64,000 nucleotides of DNA. Origin: Thermoanaerobaculia bacterium (GTDB taxonomy: Bacteria > Acidobacteriota > Thermoanaerobaculia > UBA5066). The notes beneath the pieces were generated by a model, which did no database searches, was not told the origin of the DNA, and saw only the letters and a list, made by a program, of their open reading frames with translations. Positions 39,140 to 48,869 of the stretch are shown one piece after another; position 1 is the first letter of the stretch; each line of letters opens with the position of its first letter. The position numbers were made by a program, and so were the translations under genes. The stretch covers positions 256,001 to 320,000 of the forward strand of contig CAWFJJ010000029.1 in assembly GCA_963816185.1 (NCBI GenBank), written 5' to 3'.

Positions 39140-40183
39140 TCAGCCCGGGACGGGAGTCGCCCGGACGGGCGCGGACGCCGGCATCTCCGCCGGCCTTGCC
39201 AGGGTGTCGACCTCGACGTGGACGGAGAGACCGAGCCGGAGCGATCCGTCCCCGTTGCTCGCGGGATCGATGGCGATCCGGACGGGGAGGCGCTGAACGA
39301 TCTTGACCCAGTTCCCGGTCGCGTTCTCCGCCGGCAACAGCGCGAATGCCGCGCCCGTTCCCGCGCTGATGCTGTCGACCCGGCCGCTGTACGTGCGGTC
39401 CGGATTTACGTCGGTCCGGAAAGTGGCGGGCTGGCCGACCCGGATGTGCTTCAGCTCGGTCTCCTTGAAGTTCGCCTCCACCCAGATGTGGTCGCCCGTC
39501 AGCGGGACGATGGCGCAGAGGGGCTGTCCCGGCGCGACGACCTGGCCCGCCGTCGCGGACAGCTTGCTGATGACCCCGTCCACGATCGTCGTGATCGTGC
39601 AGTAGGAACGGTTCAGCTGGGCGTTCCTCAGGCGCGACTCCTGGACCCGGACCTTTTGGTCCGCCACGCCGAGGTCGGCCTCCTTGGCCGCCAGCGCCTT
39701 CCGTGCAGCGTCCAGATCGGCGGCGGCGACCGACTCGGCGGCCACGGCGTCGTCGAACCGGGCCCTCGGAATCGAGTTCTTCCGGTTCAGCTCCGAGTAG
39801 CGGGCGAGGTTCGTCCGGGCCAGCTCGAGGCGACTCGCGTCCGCGGCGGATTTCGCGCGCTTCTCCTCGATCTCGGCCCGGCGGGTGGCGAGGGTCGCGC
39901 GCGCCTCGCCGAGAGCCGTCTCGACCTGCTCCACCTGCGCGTCGGCGTCGCGCGGGTCGAGCGTGGCGAGGATCTGCCCCTGCCGGACCTCCTGGTTCTC
40001 GACCACGTCAATCGTCAGCAGGGTTCCCGGAACGCGGGAGGAGACGGCGTAGACGTCGCCGCTGACGTAGGCGTCCTCGGTATTCGGGTGGACCTGCGAG
40101 TGCTTCCACCTCCGCCAGCCGGCCACGGCGATGGCGAGAACGACGGCGAGGATGACGGCGAGGCTGATCCACTTCCGGGCCAT
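39140..40183 (-). CDS. EmrA/HlyD membrane fusion protein
   Basis: TEDAYV, ANFKET, ENATGNWVKIVQRLPVRI. Confidence 0.92.
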   Translation of the reverse strand: MARKWISLAVILAVVLAIAVAGWRRWKHSQVHPNTEDAYVSGDVYAVSSRVPGTLLTIDVVENQEVRQGQILATLDPRDADAQVEQVETALGEARATLATRRAEIEEKRAKSAADASRLELARTNLARYSELNRKNSIPRARFDDAVAAESVAAADLDAARKALAAKEADLGVADQKVRVQESRLRNAQLNRSYCTITTIVDGVISKLSATAGQVVAPGQPLCAIVPLTGDHIWVEANFKETELKHIRVGQPATFRTDVNPDRTYSGRVDSISAGTGAAFALLPAENATGNWVKIVQRLPVRIAIDPASNGDGSLRLGLSVHVEVDTLARPAEMPASAPVRATPVPG

Positions 40184-40184
40184 G

Positions 40185-41525
40185 TCAGCGCTCCTCTTCG
40201 GCCGGGGCGGCGCCGGCGAAGACGGTGGGAAGGTCGAGGCCCGCGGCCGCGGCGAGGAGGCCCTCCTTCAGGTACGCGGTGTAGTGCTGGTTCACGAGGG
40301 AGAAGCGGCTCTCCGCGAGGACCGACTCGGCGTCGAGGACGTCGATCGTCCGGGCGAGGCCGGCCTTGTACTGGTCCTCTTCGATCCGGAGGTTCTCCTC
40401 GGCGGCTTCCACGTTCTTCCGGGCCGTCTCGGCTTCGTGGAGCGCCTGCGTGAAGTCGCGCCAGGCCTCGTCCACGCCGATGTCGAGGGACCGTGCCAGA
40501 TCCCCGATCTCGCTCTGGGTCTTCCGGGCTGCGATCTCCGCCTGCCGCACCGCGGCCTTCCGGGACCCGTTCTCCCACACCTGCCAGGAGACGCCCACGA
40601 AGAAGATGTTCGTGTTGGGATAGGCGAGAAATTCGTTCTCCTGGTAGGTGTGCGAGAACTGGGCGAAGAGGCTCGGCCAGCTCTCGCCCTTCCGTGCGGC
40701 CGCGGTCCTCTGGTCCACCCCGAGGCTCGCCCGAAGCGACTCGAGCCGGGGATTTCCGGAAGAGGCGCGCCGCTTCAGCCCGTCCAGATCGTCCGGAAGC
40801 GGAGGGGGAGACGACAGGGCTCCGGGGAGAGTGAGCGTCTCGTCCGGGGAGCGGCCCATCAGGCGGCGGAGGGTTTGCGTCGCCACGGCGATCCCGTTAC
40901 CGATCTGCCCGATCTGGTCCTTCACGACGCGAAGTCGAACTTCCGTGCCGAGGAGGTCATTGCGGGCGACGATCCCTTGATCATAAAGGTCGCGAGCGAT
41001 GCGCAGGTGCTCCTCGAGGCTCGAGATCCGCTGGTCCACGACCCGCCGCTGCGCCTTTAGGACGAGCACCTTCAAGTACGTCCCGAGACCTTCGAGCTGC
41101 GCCGTCTGTACGTCCGCCTTTCCCTTCAGCGAGGTCGCGGCCTCGGAGCCGCGGGAGATCTCGAGCGCGGCCGACCGGCGCCCTCCGTCCCAGAGCACCT
41201 CGGTCAGGTCGGCCTCGGCCGTGAAGAAATTCTTCTGAGTCGTCGGCACTTCGAGCGTTCCGAAGATCGCGACGACCTCGCGATCCCGGGCCTGCCAGTT
41301 TCCCGCGACGGAGAGAGAGGGCCAGTAGGCCGCCTTCGCCCGCGTCGTCCCTTCCTGCGCGGCGCCGAGATCGAGCCGGGCAGCCACCGACGCCTGCGAC
41401 TGTGCCGCGACGGCCCGCAGCGCGTCGGAGAGAGTGAGCGCCGAAGGGGAGGCCGGAGGCGGCTCGTCGGCCAGAACGCTTCCGAAACACAGCGCCAGGA
41501 TGAGAGAACCAAGCAATCTGTTCAT
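40185..41525 (-). CDS. TolC-family outer membrane efflux protein
   Basis: Signal peptide, helical TolC repeats, YKAGLARTIDVLDAE. Confidence 0.88.
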   Translation of the reverse strand: MNRLLGSLILALCFGSVLADEPPPASPSALTLSDALRAVAAQSQASVAARLDLGAAQEGTTRAKAAYWPSLSVAGNWQARDREVVAIFGTLEVPTTQKNFFTAEADLTEVLWDGGRRSAALEISRGSEAATSLKGKADVQTAQLEGLGTYLKVLVLKAQRRVVDQRISSLEEHLRIARDLYDQGIVARNDLLGTEVRLRVVKDQIGQIGNGIAVATQTLRRLMGRSPDETLTLPGALSSPPPLPDDLDGLKRRASSGNPRLESLRASLGVDQRTAAARKGESWPSLFAQFSHTYQENEFLAYPNTNIFFVGVSWQVWENGSRKAAVRQAEIAARKTQSEIGDLARSLDIGVDEAWRDFTQALHEAETARKNVEAAEENLRIEEDQYKAGLARTIDVLDAESVLAESRFSLVNQHYTAYLKEGLLAAAAGLDLPTVFAGAAPAEEER

Positions 41526-41581
41526 GAATGGGGATTATCTGGCGCGTACGGATACTCGGAGGAATACTCTGGCGTAGAGCG

Positions 41582-42841
41582 ATGTCGTTTTCCGAGAGGC
41601 TCGAGAAGGTTCTTTCCCTGCAGGACGCCCTCCGGCAACGGCGGGACGCGATGGTGTCTCATGCGGTGAGGAGCCTGAAGTTCACGGTGAAGGACAGCGC
41701 GCGGGAGGTCGACGTCACGATCGACCGGCTTGGGATGTTCCCCGAGGCGGCAGCGCTCCTCTCGGCCCGCGTCCCGCTGCGCGGCCCGGAGAGCCGCGTG
41801 GCCCTCATGCTCGCGTACAACGGGAGCTCGTGGCTGTCGACGGCGATCACCTCGATCTTCCTCGTCGGGAACCGCGTCGACGTTAAGTTCTCCTCGAAGG
41901 GGACCGACGTCATGCGACTGACGGAGGAGATGTACCGCCCGGTCTTCGGGGATGCGATCTCCTTCTACCAAGGGAGCGGACGGAGCTTTCTCGAGTACGC
42001 TCTCCGGGAGCCGAAGGTTTCCGCGGCCGTCGTCTTCGGGTTCGACGAGAACATTCTCCCTTACGGAGACGAGTTCCGGGCTGCGGGGAAGACGCTCGTC
42101 TTCGAGGGACCGGGGCAGGACCCGTTCATCGTCTTTCCGGATGCCGACCTCGCGCTGGCCCTCTCGGACCTGACCGCGGCGAAGTTCATGTACTCGGGCC
42201 AGACCTGCACGGCGCCCAAGCGGATCTTCGTCCACCGCGCAATCTACGACGACTTCCTCGGCCGGTTCGAGGAGAGGGTCCGTCGCCTCGTCGTGGGCGA
42301 CCCCGCCGACCCGCGGACCGACATCGGCCCGGTGGCGAGCGATCTCGCGGTGCGGCACGTCGCAGAGCAGCTCGAGGATGCGAGAGCGCGTGGAGCGAGG
42401 ATCACCGTCGGGGGAGGGATCGACGGAAATCTGATCTCTCCCACGGTGGTCCGCGACGCGACGGACGAGTTCCTCGGGATGCGCGAGGAGGTTTTCGGGC
42501 CGGTCGCGTTCACGACGCCCTTCGACACGGAGGAGGAGGTCGTGCGCCGGGCGCGGAACCACAAGTACGGCCTGCGCGCCTCGGTCTTCGGCGGCGAGGC
42601 GGCCACCCGCACCGCTGCCGCTCTGAAAGGCGAAGACTACTGCCACCCGGTTCCCGGCTTCACGTTCGGCCGTTTCGGGACGGTCGCTCTCAACCAGAGC
42701 CGGGCCGAAACCTGGCGCGGGGCGTTCGTGACGAAGGCGGTCGGCGGCTACGGCTACTCGGGCTGGATCTGGGAGACGGTCGACGGCGAGTTCCGCCTGA
42801 AGCAGGGGCCGAAGCTGCTCAGTCTCGAGACGTCCCGGTGA
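41582..42841 (+). CDS. divergent aldehyde dehydrogenase family protein
   Basis: SGQTCTAPKR (catalytic Cys), EEVFGPV, YGLRASVF; atypical FEGPGQDP. Confidence 0.82.
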   Translation: MSFSERLEKVLSLQDALRQRRDAMVSHAVRSLKFTVKDSAREVDVTIDRLGMFPEAAALLSARVPLRGPESRVALMLAYNGSSWLSTAITSIFLVGNRVDVKFSSKGTDVMRLTEEMYRPVFGDAISFYQGSGRSFLEYALREPKVSAAVVFGFDENILPYGDEFRAAGKTLVFEGPGQDPFIVFPDADLALALSDLTAAKFMYSGQTCTAPKRIFVHRAIYDDFLGRFEERVRRLVVGDPADPRTDIGPVASDLAVRHVAEQLEDARARGARITVGGGIDGNLISPTVVRDATDEFLGMREEVFGPVAFTTPFDTEEEVVRRARNHKYGLRASVFGGEAATRTAAALKGEDYCHPVPGFTFGRFGTVALNQSRAETWRGAFVTKAVGGYGYSGWIWETVDGEFRLKQGPKLLSLETSR

Positions 42842-42903
42842 GCCGGCGAGAGACGCCGGACCGTTCGCGTACGATTGGACTTCTCTAGGGAGACCGACGC
42901 CGA

Positions 42904-43578
42904 ATGTCGACTGATCGATTTCGAGCGGACCGCGAATCCGTGCTCTTCCATTCGAAGAGGATGTGGGAGGCCGGGCTCGTCGTCGCTTCGGCGGGCAACG
43001 TCAGCGCGCGCCTCTCCGGCCATGACGCCATCGCGATCACGCCGACGTGCGTTTCCTACGACGTGATGACCGCGGATCAAGTCGTGGTCGTCAGCCTCGC
43101 CACGGGTCTTCCGATCGAATCGAGGGCCCGGCCGTCCGGCGAGCTCCCGGCGCACCTCGCCGTCTACCGCCATCGCCGGGACGTCGGCGCCGTCATGCAC
43201 ACGCACGCGCCCTATGTCTCGACGTTGTCGGTACTCCGCAGGCCGCTTCCTCCGATCATCGACGAGATGATCGTCTACTTCGGAGGGACGATCGAAGTCG
43301 CCGACTATGCCTTCACGGGCACCGACGAGCTCGGAGCCAACGTGATCGCCGCGCTCGGGGACCGGGCGGGGGTGCTGCTGTCGAATCATGGCAACCTGTG
43401 CGTGGGGGGCGACCTCGCCGAGGCGCTCCACGTCGCGCTGACGATGGAGGCCACGGCGCGCGTCTACGTCGAGTCCCTGAGGATGGGCGAACCTGTCGTT
43501 CTCCCCGAAGGATCGCTGAGGGCGGGACGGGCGATGTACGAGGCCCGCGGCAGGAAGAGGCGCGGCCCGCCGTCCTGA
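42904..43578 (+). CDS. class II aldolase/adducin (FucA-like)
   Basis: GNVSAR, PSGELPAH, HTHAPY, NHG. Confidence 0.9.
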   Translation: MSTDRFRADRESVLFHSKRMWEAGLVVASAGNVSARLSGHDAIAITPTCVSYDVMTADQVVVVSLATGLPIESRARPSGELPAHLAVYRHRRDVGAVMHTHAPYVSTLSVLRRPLPPIIDEMIVYFGGTIEVADYAFTGTDELGANVIAALGDRAGVLLSNHGNLCVGGDLAEALHVALTMEATARVYVESLRMGEPVVLPEGSLRAGRAMYEARGRKRRGPPS

Positions 43579-43590
43579 AGGGACCCGCGC

Positions 43591-45015
43591 TTACTCCCCC
43601 CGTGCGACCTCCCCGTGCTGGCTCACGTTGTCGCCGTCTCCCGGCCTCAGCTCGCGGAACACGATCGCCGAGAGGACTGTCATCGCTCCCAGGACGAGGA
43701 GGGCGAGGTGGATGCCGTGGAGGAGCTCGCCGGGGCGTGACCGGAACCTGTCGGGGATGAAGATGGCGGTCGCGAGCGACGCGGCCGCGACGCCGAAGCT
43801 CAGCGACATCTGCTGCATGGTGCTGACGATCGTGCTCGCCATGCTGGCGTCGGGCGCGGCGACCTCCGCGTAGGCGAGCGTGCCCATGCTGGTGTATTGC
43901 AGCGAGGCGATGCCGCCGAAGAGGAGCGCGAGGACGACGATGAGGGTGACGGGGGTGCGGGCGCCGATCGTGGCGAAGAGGGCGATGGTGCCGCCCATCA
44001 GGATGGTGTTCGCAAGGAGGACACGCCGGTAGCCGAAGCGGTTGAGGATGCCCGGCATCCACGGCTTGAGCGACATCGCGGCGATGGACTGCGGCATCAG
44101 CAGGAAGGCCGACTGGACGGGCGTGTAGCCGAGGCCGACCTGGTAGAGGAGCGGGAGGAGGAACGGGATCCCGCCCGCCCCGAGCCGCGTGATGAAGCTG
44201 CCGATCACGGCCGACCGGAACGTCCGGAGGCGGAAGAGAGCGAGCCTGAGGAGGGGATGCGCGGCGGCGATCGCGTGCCGGAAATAGCCCGCGAGGAAGG
44301 CGAGCGAGAGGGCGAAGAGGCCGAGGATCGCGCCCGTGCCGAGAGTGTGCTCGCCGAAGACCTCGAGGATGTACGAGAGGAGGCCGATGCCGCAGCCGAA
44401 GAGGACTCCGCCGAAGACGTCCAGCTTGTCGCTGCGCTCGGCGCGGTAGTCCGGCATGCGGCGGAGGACGAGGGCGAGGCCGAGGAGGCCGATCGGCAGG
44501 TTGACGAAGAAGATCACCCGCCAGTGGAAGTAGCCCACGATGAACCCCCCGGCCACGGGCCCGAGCATCGGCCCGATGAGCGCGGGGATCGACACGAAGG
44601 TCATTGCGCGCACGAGCTCCGACCTCTCGAACGTGCGCACGATGGCGAGGCGGCCGACCGGCACCATGAGCGCGCCGCCCATGCCCTGCAGGATGCGGAA
44701 GGCGACGAGAACGTGGATGTTCGTGGAGAGCCCGCAGAGGAGCGAGCCGAACGTGAAGATGCCGATCGCGGACGCGAAAACGCGGCGCGTGCCGAACCGG
44801 TCCGCCACCCACCCGCTGACCGGGATGAAGACGGCGAGGCTGAGCGTGTAGCTCGACAGGACCGCCTTCATGCTGAGCGGCACGACGCCGAGCGCCTCGG
44901 CGATCGTCGGGACGGCGGTGTTCAGGATGGTCGTGTCGATCGACTCCATCAGGAACGCCACCGCCACCAGCCAGGGCAGCAGTCGCTTGACGGAAGGGTC
45001 GGGGGGAGTGGGCAC
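43591..45015 (-). CDS. DHA2 MFS transporter (MdtD/HsrA-like)
   Basis: DTTILNTAVP, SGWVADRFG, GPMLGPVAGG; ~14 TM. Confidence 0.9.
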   Translation of the reverse strand: MPTPPDPSVKRLLPWLVAVAFLMESIDTTILNTAVPTIAEALGVVPLSMKAVLSSYTLSLAVFIPVSGWVADRFGTRRVFASAIGIFTFGSLLCGLSTNIHVLVAFRILQGMGGALMVPVGRLAIVRTFERSELVRAMTFVSIPALIGPMLGPVAGGFIVGYFHWRVIFFVNLPIGLLGLALVLRRMPDYRAERSDKLDVFGGVLFGCGIGLLSYILEVFGEHTLGTGAILGLFALSLAFLAGYFRHAIAAAHPLLRLALFRLRTFRSAVIGSFITRLGAGGIPFLLPLLYQVGLGYTPVQSAFLLMPQSIAAMSLKPWMPGILNRFGYRRVLLANTILMGGTIALFATIGARTPVTLIVVLALLFGGIASLQYTSMGTLAYAEVAAPDASMASTIVSTMQQMSLSFGVAAASLATAIFIPDRFRSRPGELLHGIHLALLVLGAMTVLSAIVFRELRPGDGDNVSQHGEVARGE

Positions 45016-45053
45016 CGGGTAAGTTTAGGGAGGTGAGGAGGGGCGGGTTACGG

Positions 45054-45887
45054 TCAGTCGATCTCGATGGTCTGGGTAATCGACGGCGCCGCGTTGAAGT
45101 TCTCGTTTCCGGGCTGTTCCGCGACCACCGTGCAAGTCCCTTCACCGAGGATGTAGAGGGTCGAGCCGGCGAAGGCGCACATGCCCGCGGTCGCGAATCT
45201 GACCGGCAAGCCGGAGGAGGCCCGCGCGTTCAACAGGAACTCGCCCATGCCGTAAACCATGCTCGGGAGATCCCCGAAGGAGATCGTCTGATCGGCCTTG
45301 GCGATCGTGAACTCGTGATCGACGATGCGCGCCGCGGTGAAGTTCGAGTCGCCGGGCTGATGAGCGGTCAGAGAGCAGCTCCCCGCGCCGAGGATGTGCA
45401 CGTAGGACTCGTTCATTTCGCAACTGCCGGACGCGACGAAGACGACGGGGAGCCCTGAGGTCGCGACGATATCCAGCGGGAAATCCGGGTCGAGGTAGGT
45501 CTTCTGCGCAGGGGCGGCGCCGCTGATCTTCTGCCTGGCCTTTTCGATCGTGAACCGCTGCTCGACGTCCGGCGCCGGGTTGAAGTCCGAGTCGCCCGGC
45601 TGGTGCGCCGTCACCCAGCATTTCCCTGCGGAAAGAAGGTGGACCGTCGAGCCGCTCACCGAGCAATCGCCCGACGCGGTGAAGGAGACCTCGAGCCTCG
45701 AGCTCGCGGACGCTTTCACGCTGAAATCCGAATCGCGGTGGACCTTGGACGGTAGCCCTCGAAAGGTGATGGTCTGATCGGCCTTGTGGATCGAAGACGG
45801 CTGAGTGACGAACCTGTCCTCGGCCCACGCTCGCCGCGCCAGGATGAGGCCGATTGCCAAGGCGAGCCGGAGGGCGCTGCGCTTCAT
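45054..45887 (-). CDS. secreted protein made of three tandem ~85-aa Ig-like repeats
   Basis: Signal peptide, then KA(D/R)Q.I...SS.L.V.F...G.C...G.C...A.QPG..NF three times. Confidence 0.8.
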   Translation of the reverse strand: MKRSALRLALAIGLILARRAWAEDRFVTQPSSIHKADQTITFRGLPSKVHRDSDFSVKASASSRLEVSFTASGDCSVSGSTVHLLSAGKCWVTAHQPGDSDFNPAPDVEQRFTIEKARQKISGAAPAQKTYLDPDFPLDIVATSGLPVVFVASGSCEMNESYVHILGAGSCSLTAHQPGDSNFTAARIVDHEFTIAKADQTISFGDLPSMVYGMGEFLLNARASSGLPVRFATAGMCAFAGSTLYILGEGTCTVVAEQPGNENFNAAPSITQTIEID

Positions 45888-45957
45888 ATCGCGATCGAAG
45901 GTGCAACCTTCATACCGCCTGGCCCGTCTCTCCAACAGGGCGGCCGGCGGTCACCGC

Positions 45958-46257
45958 CTATCCCTTGCCTCGCCGGATCTCCTCGACCGTCTGCTCGCAG
46001 TCGTCGTTTATGCGCTTGCGGTCGATGTGGTACTCGCCCTCGGCCTTCTCTCGCTCGGCAGGATCCTCCGTCTTCCGCATCACGTCCTTGAAGAGGATCT
46101 CGCGCTCGGCGAGGCGCGCGGTGGCGATGCCGCGGGCCACGGCGATGGCTTTCTTCTGCCTCGCGGTCAGCAGGGTCTCTTTCGTGCCGGCCGCGCGATC
46201 CTCGGCCTTCAGGCGCTCCATCGCGAGGTCGAACGAGGTCTTCGGTTTGTCTTTCAT
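45958..46257 (-). CDS. small helical hypothetical protein
   Basis: MKDKPKTSFDLAMERL...; TGATG coupling with the upstream gene. Confidence 0.7.
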   Translation of the reverse strand: MKDKPKTSFDLAMERLKAEDRAAGTKETLLTARQKKAIAVARGIATARLAEREILFKDVMRKTEDPAEREKAEGEYHIDRKRINDDCEQTVEEIRRGKG

Positions 46258-46841
46258 CAGCTCCCGCAGCTCAAGCCCCCGAACGCGCCCTTCGCGGGCA
46301 GGGTGAAATCGAAGTCGGCTTCCCACGAGTATTTCAGGCCATCGCTCACCTTCCCGCCGGTGATGCGGCCCGAGAGCTTGCCGCCGGGGACGGTGTTCCC
46401 GGTCAGCTTCCGGATCTTCAGGATCTCCTTGTCCTTGGGCAGATCGAAGACCCAGTTGCGGCCGAGCAGGGGCGAGCCCGCGACGTCGATGCCGGTCTCG
46501 ACGGACTTCACCGCGGCCGCGGTCGCGGCGGGCTTGCCGCCGCCGGGGCAGAACGCGAAGTGCATTCCGGTACGCGGCTTGCCGTCGGCGGTCTTGTCGG
46601 ATGTGGAGGAGTTCTCGTGGAACTCCTCGAGCTCCTTGGCGGTGAAGGGAGAGTCGGAGAACCACAGCGAGACGCTGTACTGGCCGTCGCTGGGCTCGTA
46701 GACCGCCGCGGCGCAGTGCTTCATCGTGACGGGCTTCCCGCCGAGAACCGTCTTTACGCTGCACTTGTCTTCGGCGAAGGCCGGGGCGGAAAGAGCGAAG
46801 CCAAAAGCGAGGACCAGGAGGCGGCCGCGCATGTTGAACAT
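46257..46841 (-). CDS. secreted hypothetical protein
   Basis: Signal peptide MRGRLLVLAFGFALSAPAFA; TACTCT -10 lies 7 nt before ATG 46841. Confidence 0.7.
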   Translation of the reverse strand: MFNMRGRLLVLAFGFALSAPAFAEDKCSVKTVLGGKPVTMKHCAAAVYEPSDGQYSVSLWFSDSPFTAKELEEFHENSSTSDKTADGKPRTGMHFAFCPGGGKPAATAAAVKSVETGIDVAGSPLLGRNWVFDLPKDKEILKIRKLTGNTVPGGKLSGRITGGKVSDGLKYSWEADFDFTLPAKGAFGGLSCGS

Positions 46842-47796
46842 GGGGCGCAGAGTATCCCGAAGTACCCTAGCCGTCATCCGCGCACGCCTGGTCCTTGCCG
46901 CTGTCCTCTTCGCCGCGCCGCTCGCGGCCGAGCCGACTCGTCTCGTCATCGAGCCGCAGCCCGGACTTCCCCCGTCCGCGAACCGGCTCGTCGCCGGTCC
47001 GCATCCCTGGATCGCGAGCGTGATGGAGCTCGTGGGACTCGACGCACGGGGGCCGGACATCCACGTCGTCCTCGCGCCGGAGTCGTCGCCGCTCGCGCGT
47101 AACGCGCCGGGCTGGGTGTCGGGATACACGGACGCCGTGACCTCCGACGCCGGGAGCGTCGTCGTCCTCCTGGCCGAGCGCACGCCGTCGTATCCGGACG
47201 GCGGCCTCGAGGAGGTGCTCGCGCACGAGGTCGCGCACGTCCTCATCCATCGGGCGGCAGGCGGGCGGCCCGTACCGCGGTGGTTCGACGAGGGGCTCGC
47301 GATGCTGGCGGCGCGCTCGTGGCGACTGCGCGACGAGACCGAGCTGGCGTTGGGCGTGCTGTCGGGCCCGCGCGTGCCTCTCTGGAAGCTGGACGGCCTG
47401 TTTCAGGGAGACCAGCGGGACGTGGAGCACGCCTACGCGCTCGCGGGCACGCTCGTGCAGGACCTCCTCGATCGCTACGGCCCGGCGATGCCGCGCCTCG
47501 TTCTCGCGCGCCTCGCGCGTGGAGAAACGTTCGACGAGGCGATGCGCGGCGCGACGGGCGCGACGCTCCTCGACATCGGCGAGGCGTTTTACGCGCGGCA
47601 GGCGTCGCTGAAGCGCTGGATCCCGATCCTCACGAGCACCGCGGCGCTGTGGTTCGGGATTTCGCTTCTCGCGATCGTCGCCGGAATCCGGAAGCGGCGG
47701 AGAAGGGCGGAGCTGGCGGAGCTGGCGGAGGCGGCGGAGGAAGCGGAGGAAGCGGAGGCGGAGATGGAGGATCCCACGGACGGGACGGTGAACTGA
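46840..47796 (+). CDS. membrane-anchored peptidase MA-like zinc metallohydrolase
   Basis: HEVAH, PRWFDEGLA, C-terminal TM followed by RKRRRR; start uncertain. Confidence 0.8.
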   Translation: MGRRVSRSTLAVIRARLVLAAVLFAAPLAAEPTRLVIEPQPGLPPSANRLVAGPHPWIASVMELVGLDARGPDIHVVLAPESSPLARNAPGWVSGYTDAVTSDAGSVVVLLAERTPSYPDGGLEEVLAHEVAHVLIHRAAGGRPVPRWFDEGLAMLAARSWRLRDETELALGVLSGPRVPLWKLDGLFQGDQRDVEHAYALAGTLVQDLLDRYGPAMPRLVLARLARGETFDEAMRGATGATLLDIGEAFYARQASLKRWIPILTSTAALWFGISLLAIVAGIRKRRRRAELAELAEAAEEAEEAEAEMEDPTDGTVN

Positions 47797-47820
47797 GCGC
47801 AACCTCCGGGAGTCGTAGAC

Positions 47821-48270
47821 TTGGGACAGGAGAGGCTGACTGTGCCCTTTCGCCTGATCTACTCCTCCGAGGCGGCCCGGGGACTCACCGAGGTCGCGCT
47901 GGAGGAGATGCTCGCGGAGTCGCGAATCCGGAATCAGGCGCACAGCATCACGGGCGTGCTCATCTTCGTCGACGGCGCATTTCTGCAGATCCTCGAAGGG
48001 GAGAAGAAGGACGTCTTCGATCTCATGGAGCGGATCCAGCGCGACCCGAGGCACCATGACATCAAGGTGTTCTATGAGGAGGAAGTCGACGAACGCGCGT
48101 TCGCGTCGTGGAGCATGGCCTACCTCAGCCCCATCGTCGAGGAAGTCGCGAAGTGGGCCGAGCTCGAGGGCGGCACGACGATCGGGGACGTCCTGGCCTC
48201 GGTCGAGAGCAACCCTGGGCGCCTCCCGAAGATGGTCGTCAACATCCTGAAGACGCTCGCAGCGCCGTAG
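47821..48270 (+). CDS. BLUF blue-light sensor protein
   Basis: LIYSS, RNQAHSITGVL, FLQILEG, DPRH, FASWSM. Confidence 0.9.
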   Translation: MGQERLTVPFRLIYSSEAARGLTEVALEEMLAESRIRNQAHSITGVLIFVDGAFLQILEGEKKDVFDLMERIQRDPRHHDIKVFYEEEVDERAFASWSMAYLSPIVEEVAKWAELEGGTTIGDVLASVESNPGRLPKMVVNILKTLAAP

Positions 48271-48374
48271 GCCCGCGGCCTCAGTGAGCGGGAGCGGTCC
48301 GCGAGAATCTTCCAGTCCGTCCGCGGTCGAGTCGCACACCCCACGCCCGCCAACCGGCCTAGGATGTCCTCCTC

Positions 48375-48860
48375 ATGCGCATCCGCCACTACTGGCGAAA
48401 GAACCTTCTGCAGCACGAACCAATGCGCGTCCGTGCCGTCGCGTGCGATGCGGCGGGGACGGTTGCGCTGCTGTCGAAGGAGCCGCAGGACGCGCTCGGG
48501 TGGTTCTCGCGGTTCATCGCGTTTCTGACGACGCCGTTCAAGAGGATCGGGATCAGCGGCTGGAAGGAGACGGGTTGCACGGGAGAGGGGACCGGCAGGC
48601 CGGTGCGCGACGCACAGCACTCGACGGACGGGTTCTACACGATCGACGTTGCGCTTCAGGCCCTTACGCTCGGCGCCGAAGACGCGCCCGCGGGCCGCTG
48701 CCTGCGCCTCGAAATCGAGCCCGGGACGCGCGCGCACGAGGTGTGCGCAAGGGGTCCGGTCAGGCAGGGGAAGCTCGTCTCGTTCGGCGGCGCGTTGGTG
48801 ATCGATACCGACGGGCCGTTCCTCGAGATCCACCCGGACGCCCAGTTCGAGGTGGGCTGA
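48375..48860 (+). CDS. hypothetical protein (possible OB-fold)
   Basis: Fills the gap between genes; DG...LEIEP...DTDGPFLEIHP pattern. Confidence 0.55.
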   Translation: MRIRHYWRKNLLQHEPMRVRAVACDAAGTVALLSKEPQDALGWFSRFIAFLTTPFKRIGISGWKETGCTGEGTGRPVRDAQHSTDGFYTIDVALQALTLGAEDAPAGRCLRLEIEPGTRAHEVCARGPVRQGKLVSFGGALVIDTDGPFLEIHPDAQFEVG

Positions 48861-48869
48861 GGGGTCCGG

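Noticed and set aside
37575-41525. Tripartite efflux operon as a novelty
   Set aside because: Ordinary TolC-EmrA-EmrB arrangement.
47705-47770. GCGGAG-type short tandem repeats
   Set aside because: They encode a low-complexity Ala/Glu tail (AELAELAEAAEEAEE) of the peptidase and are not a regulatory array.
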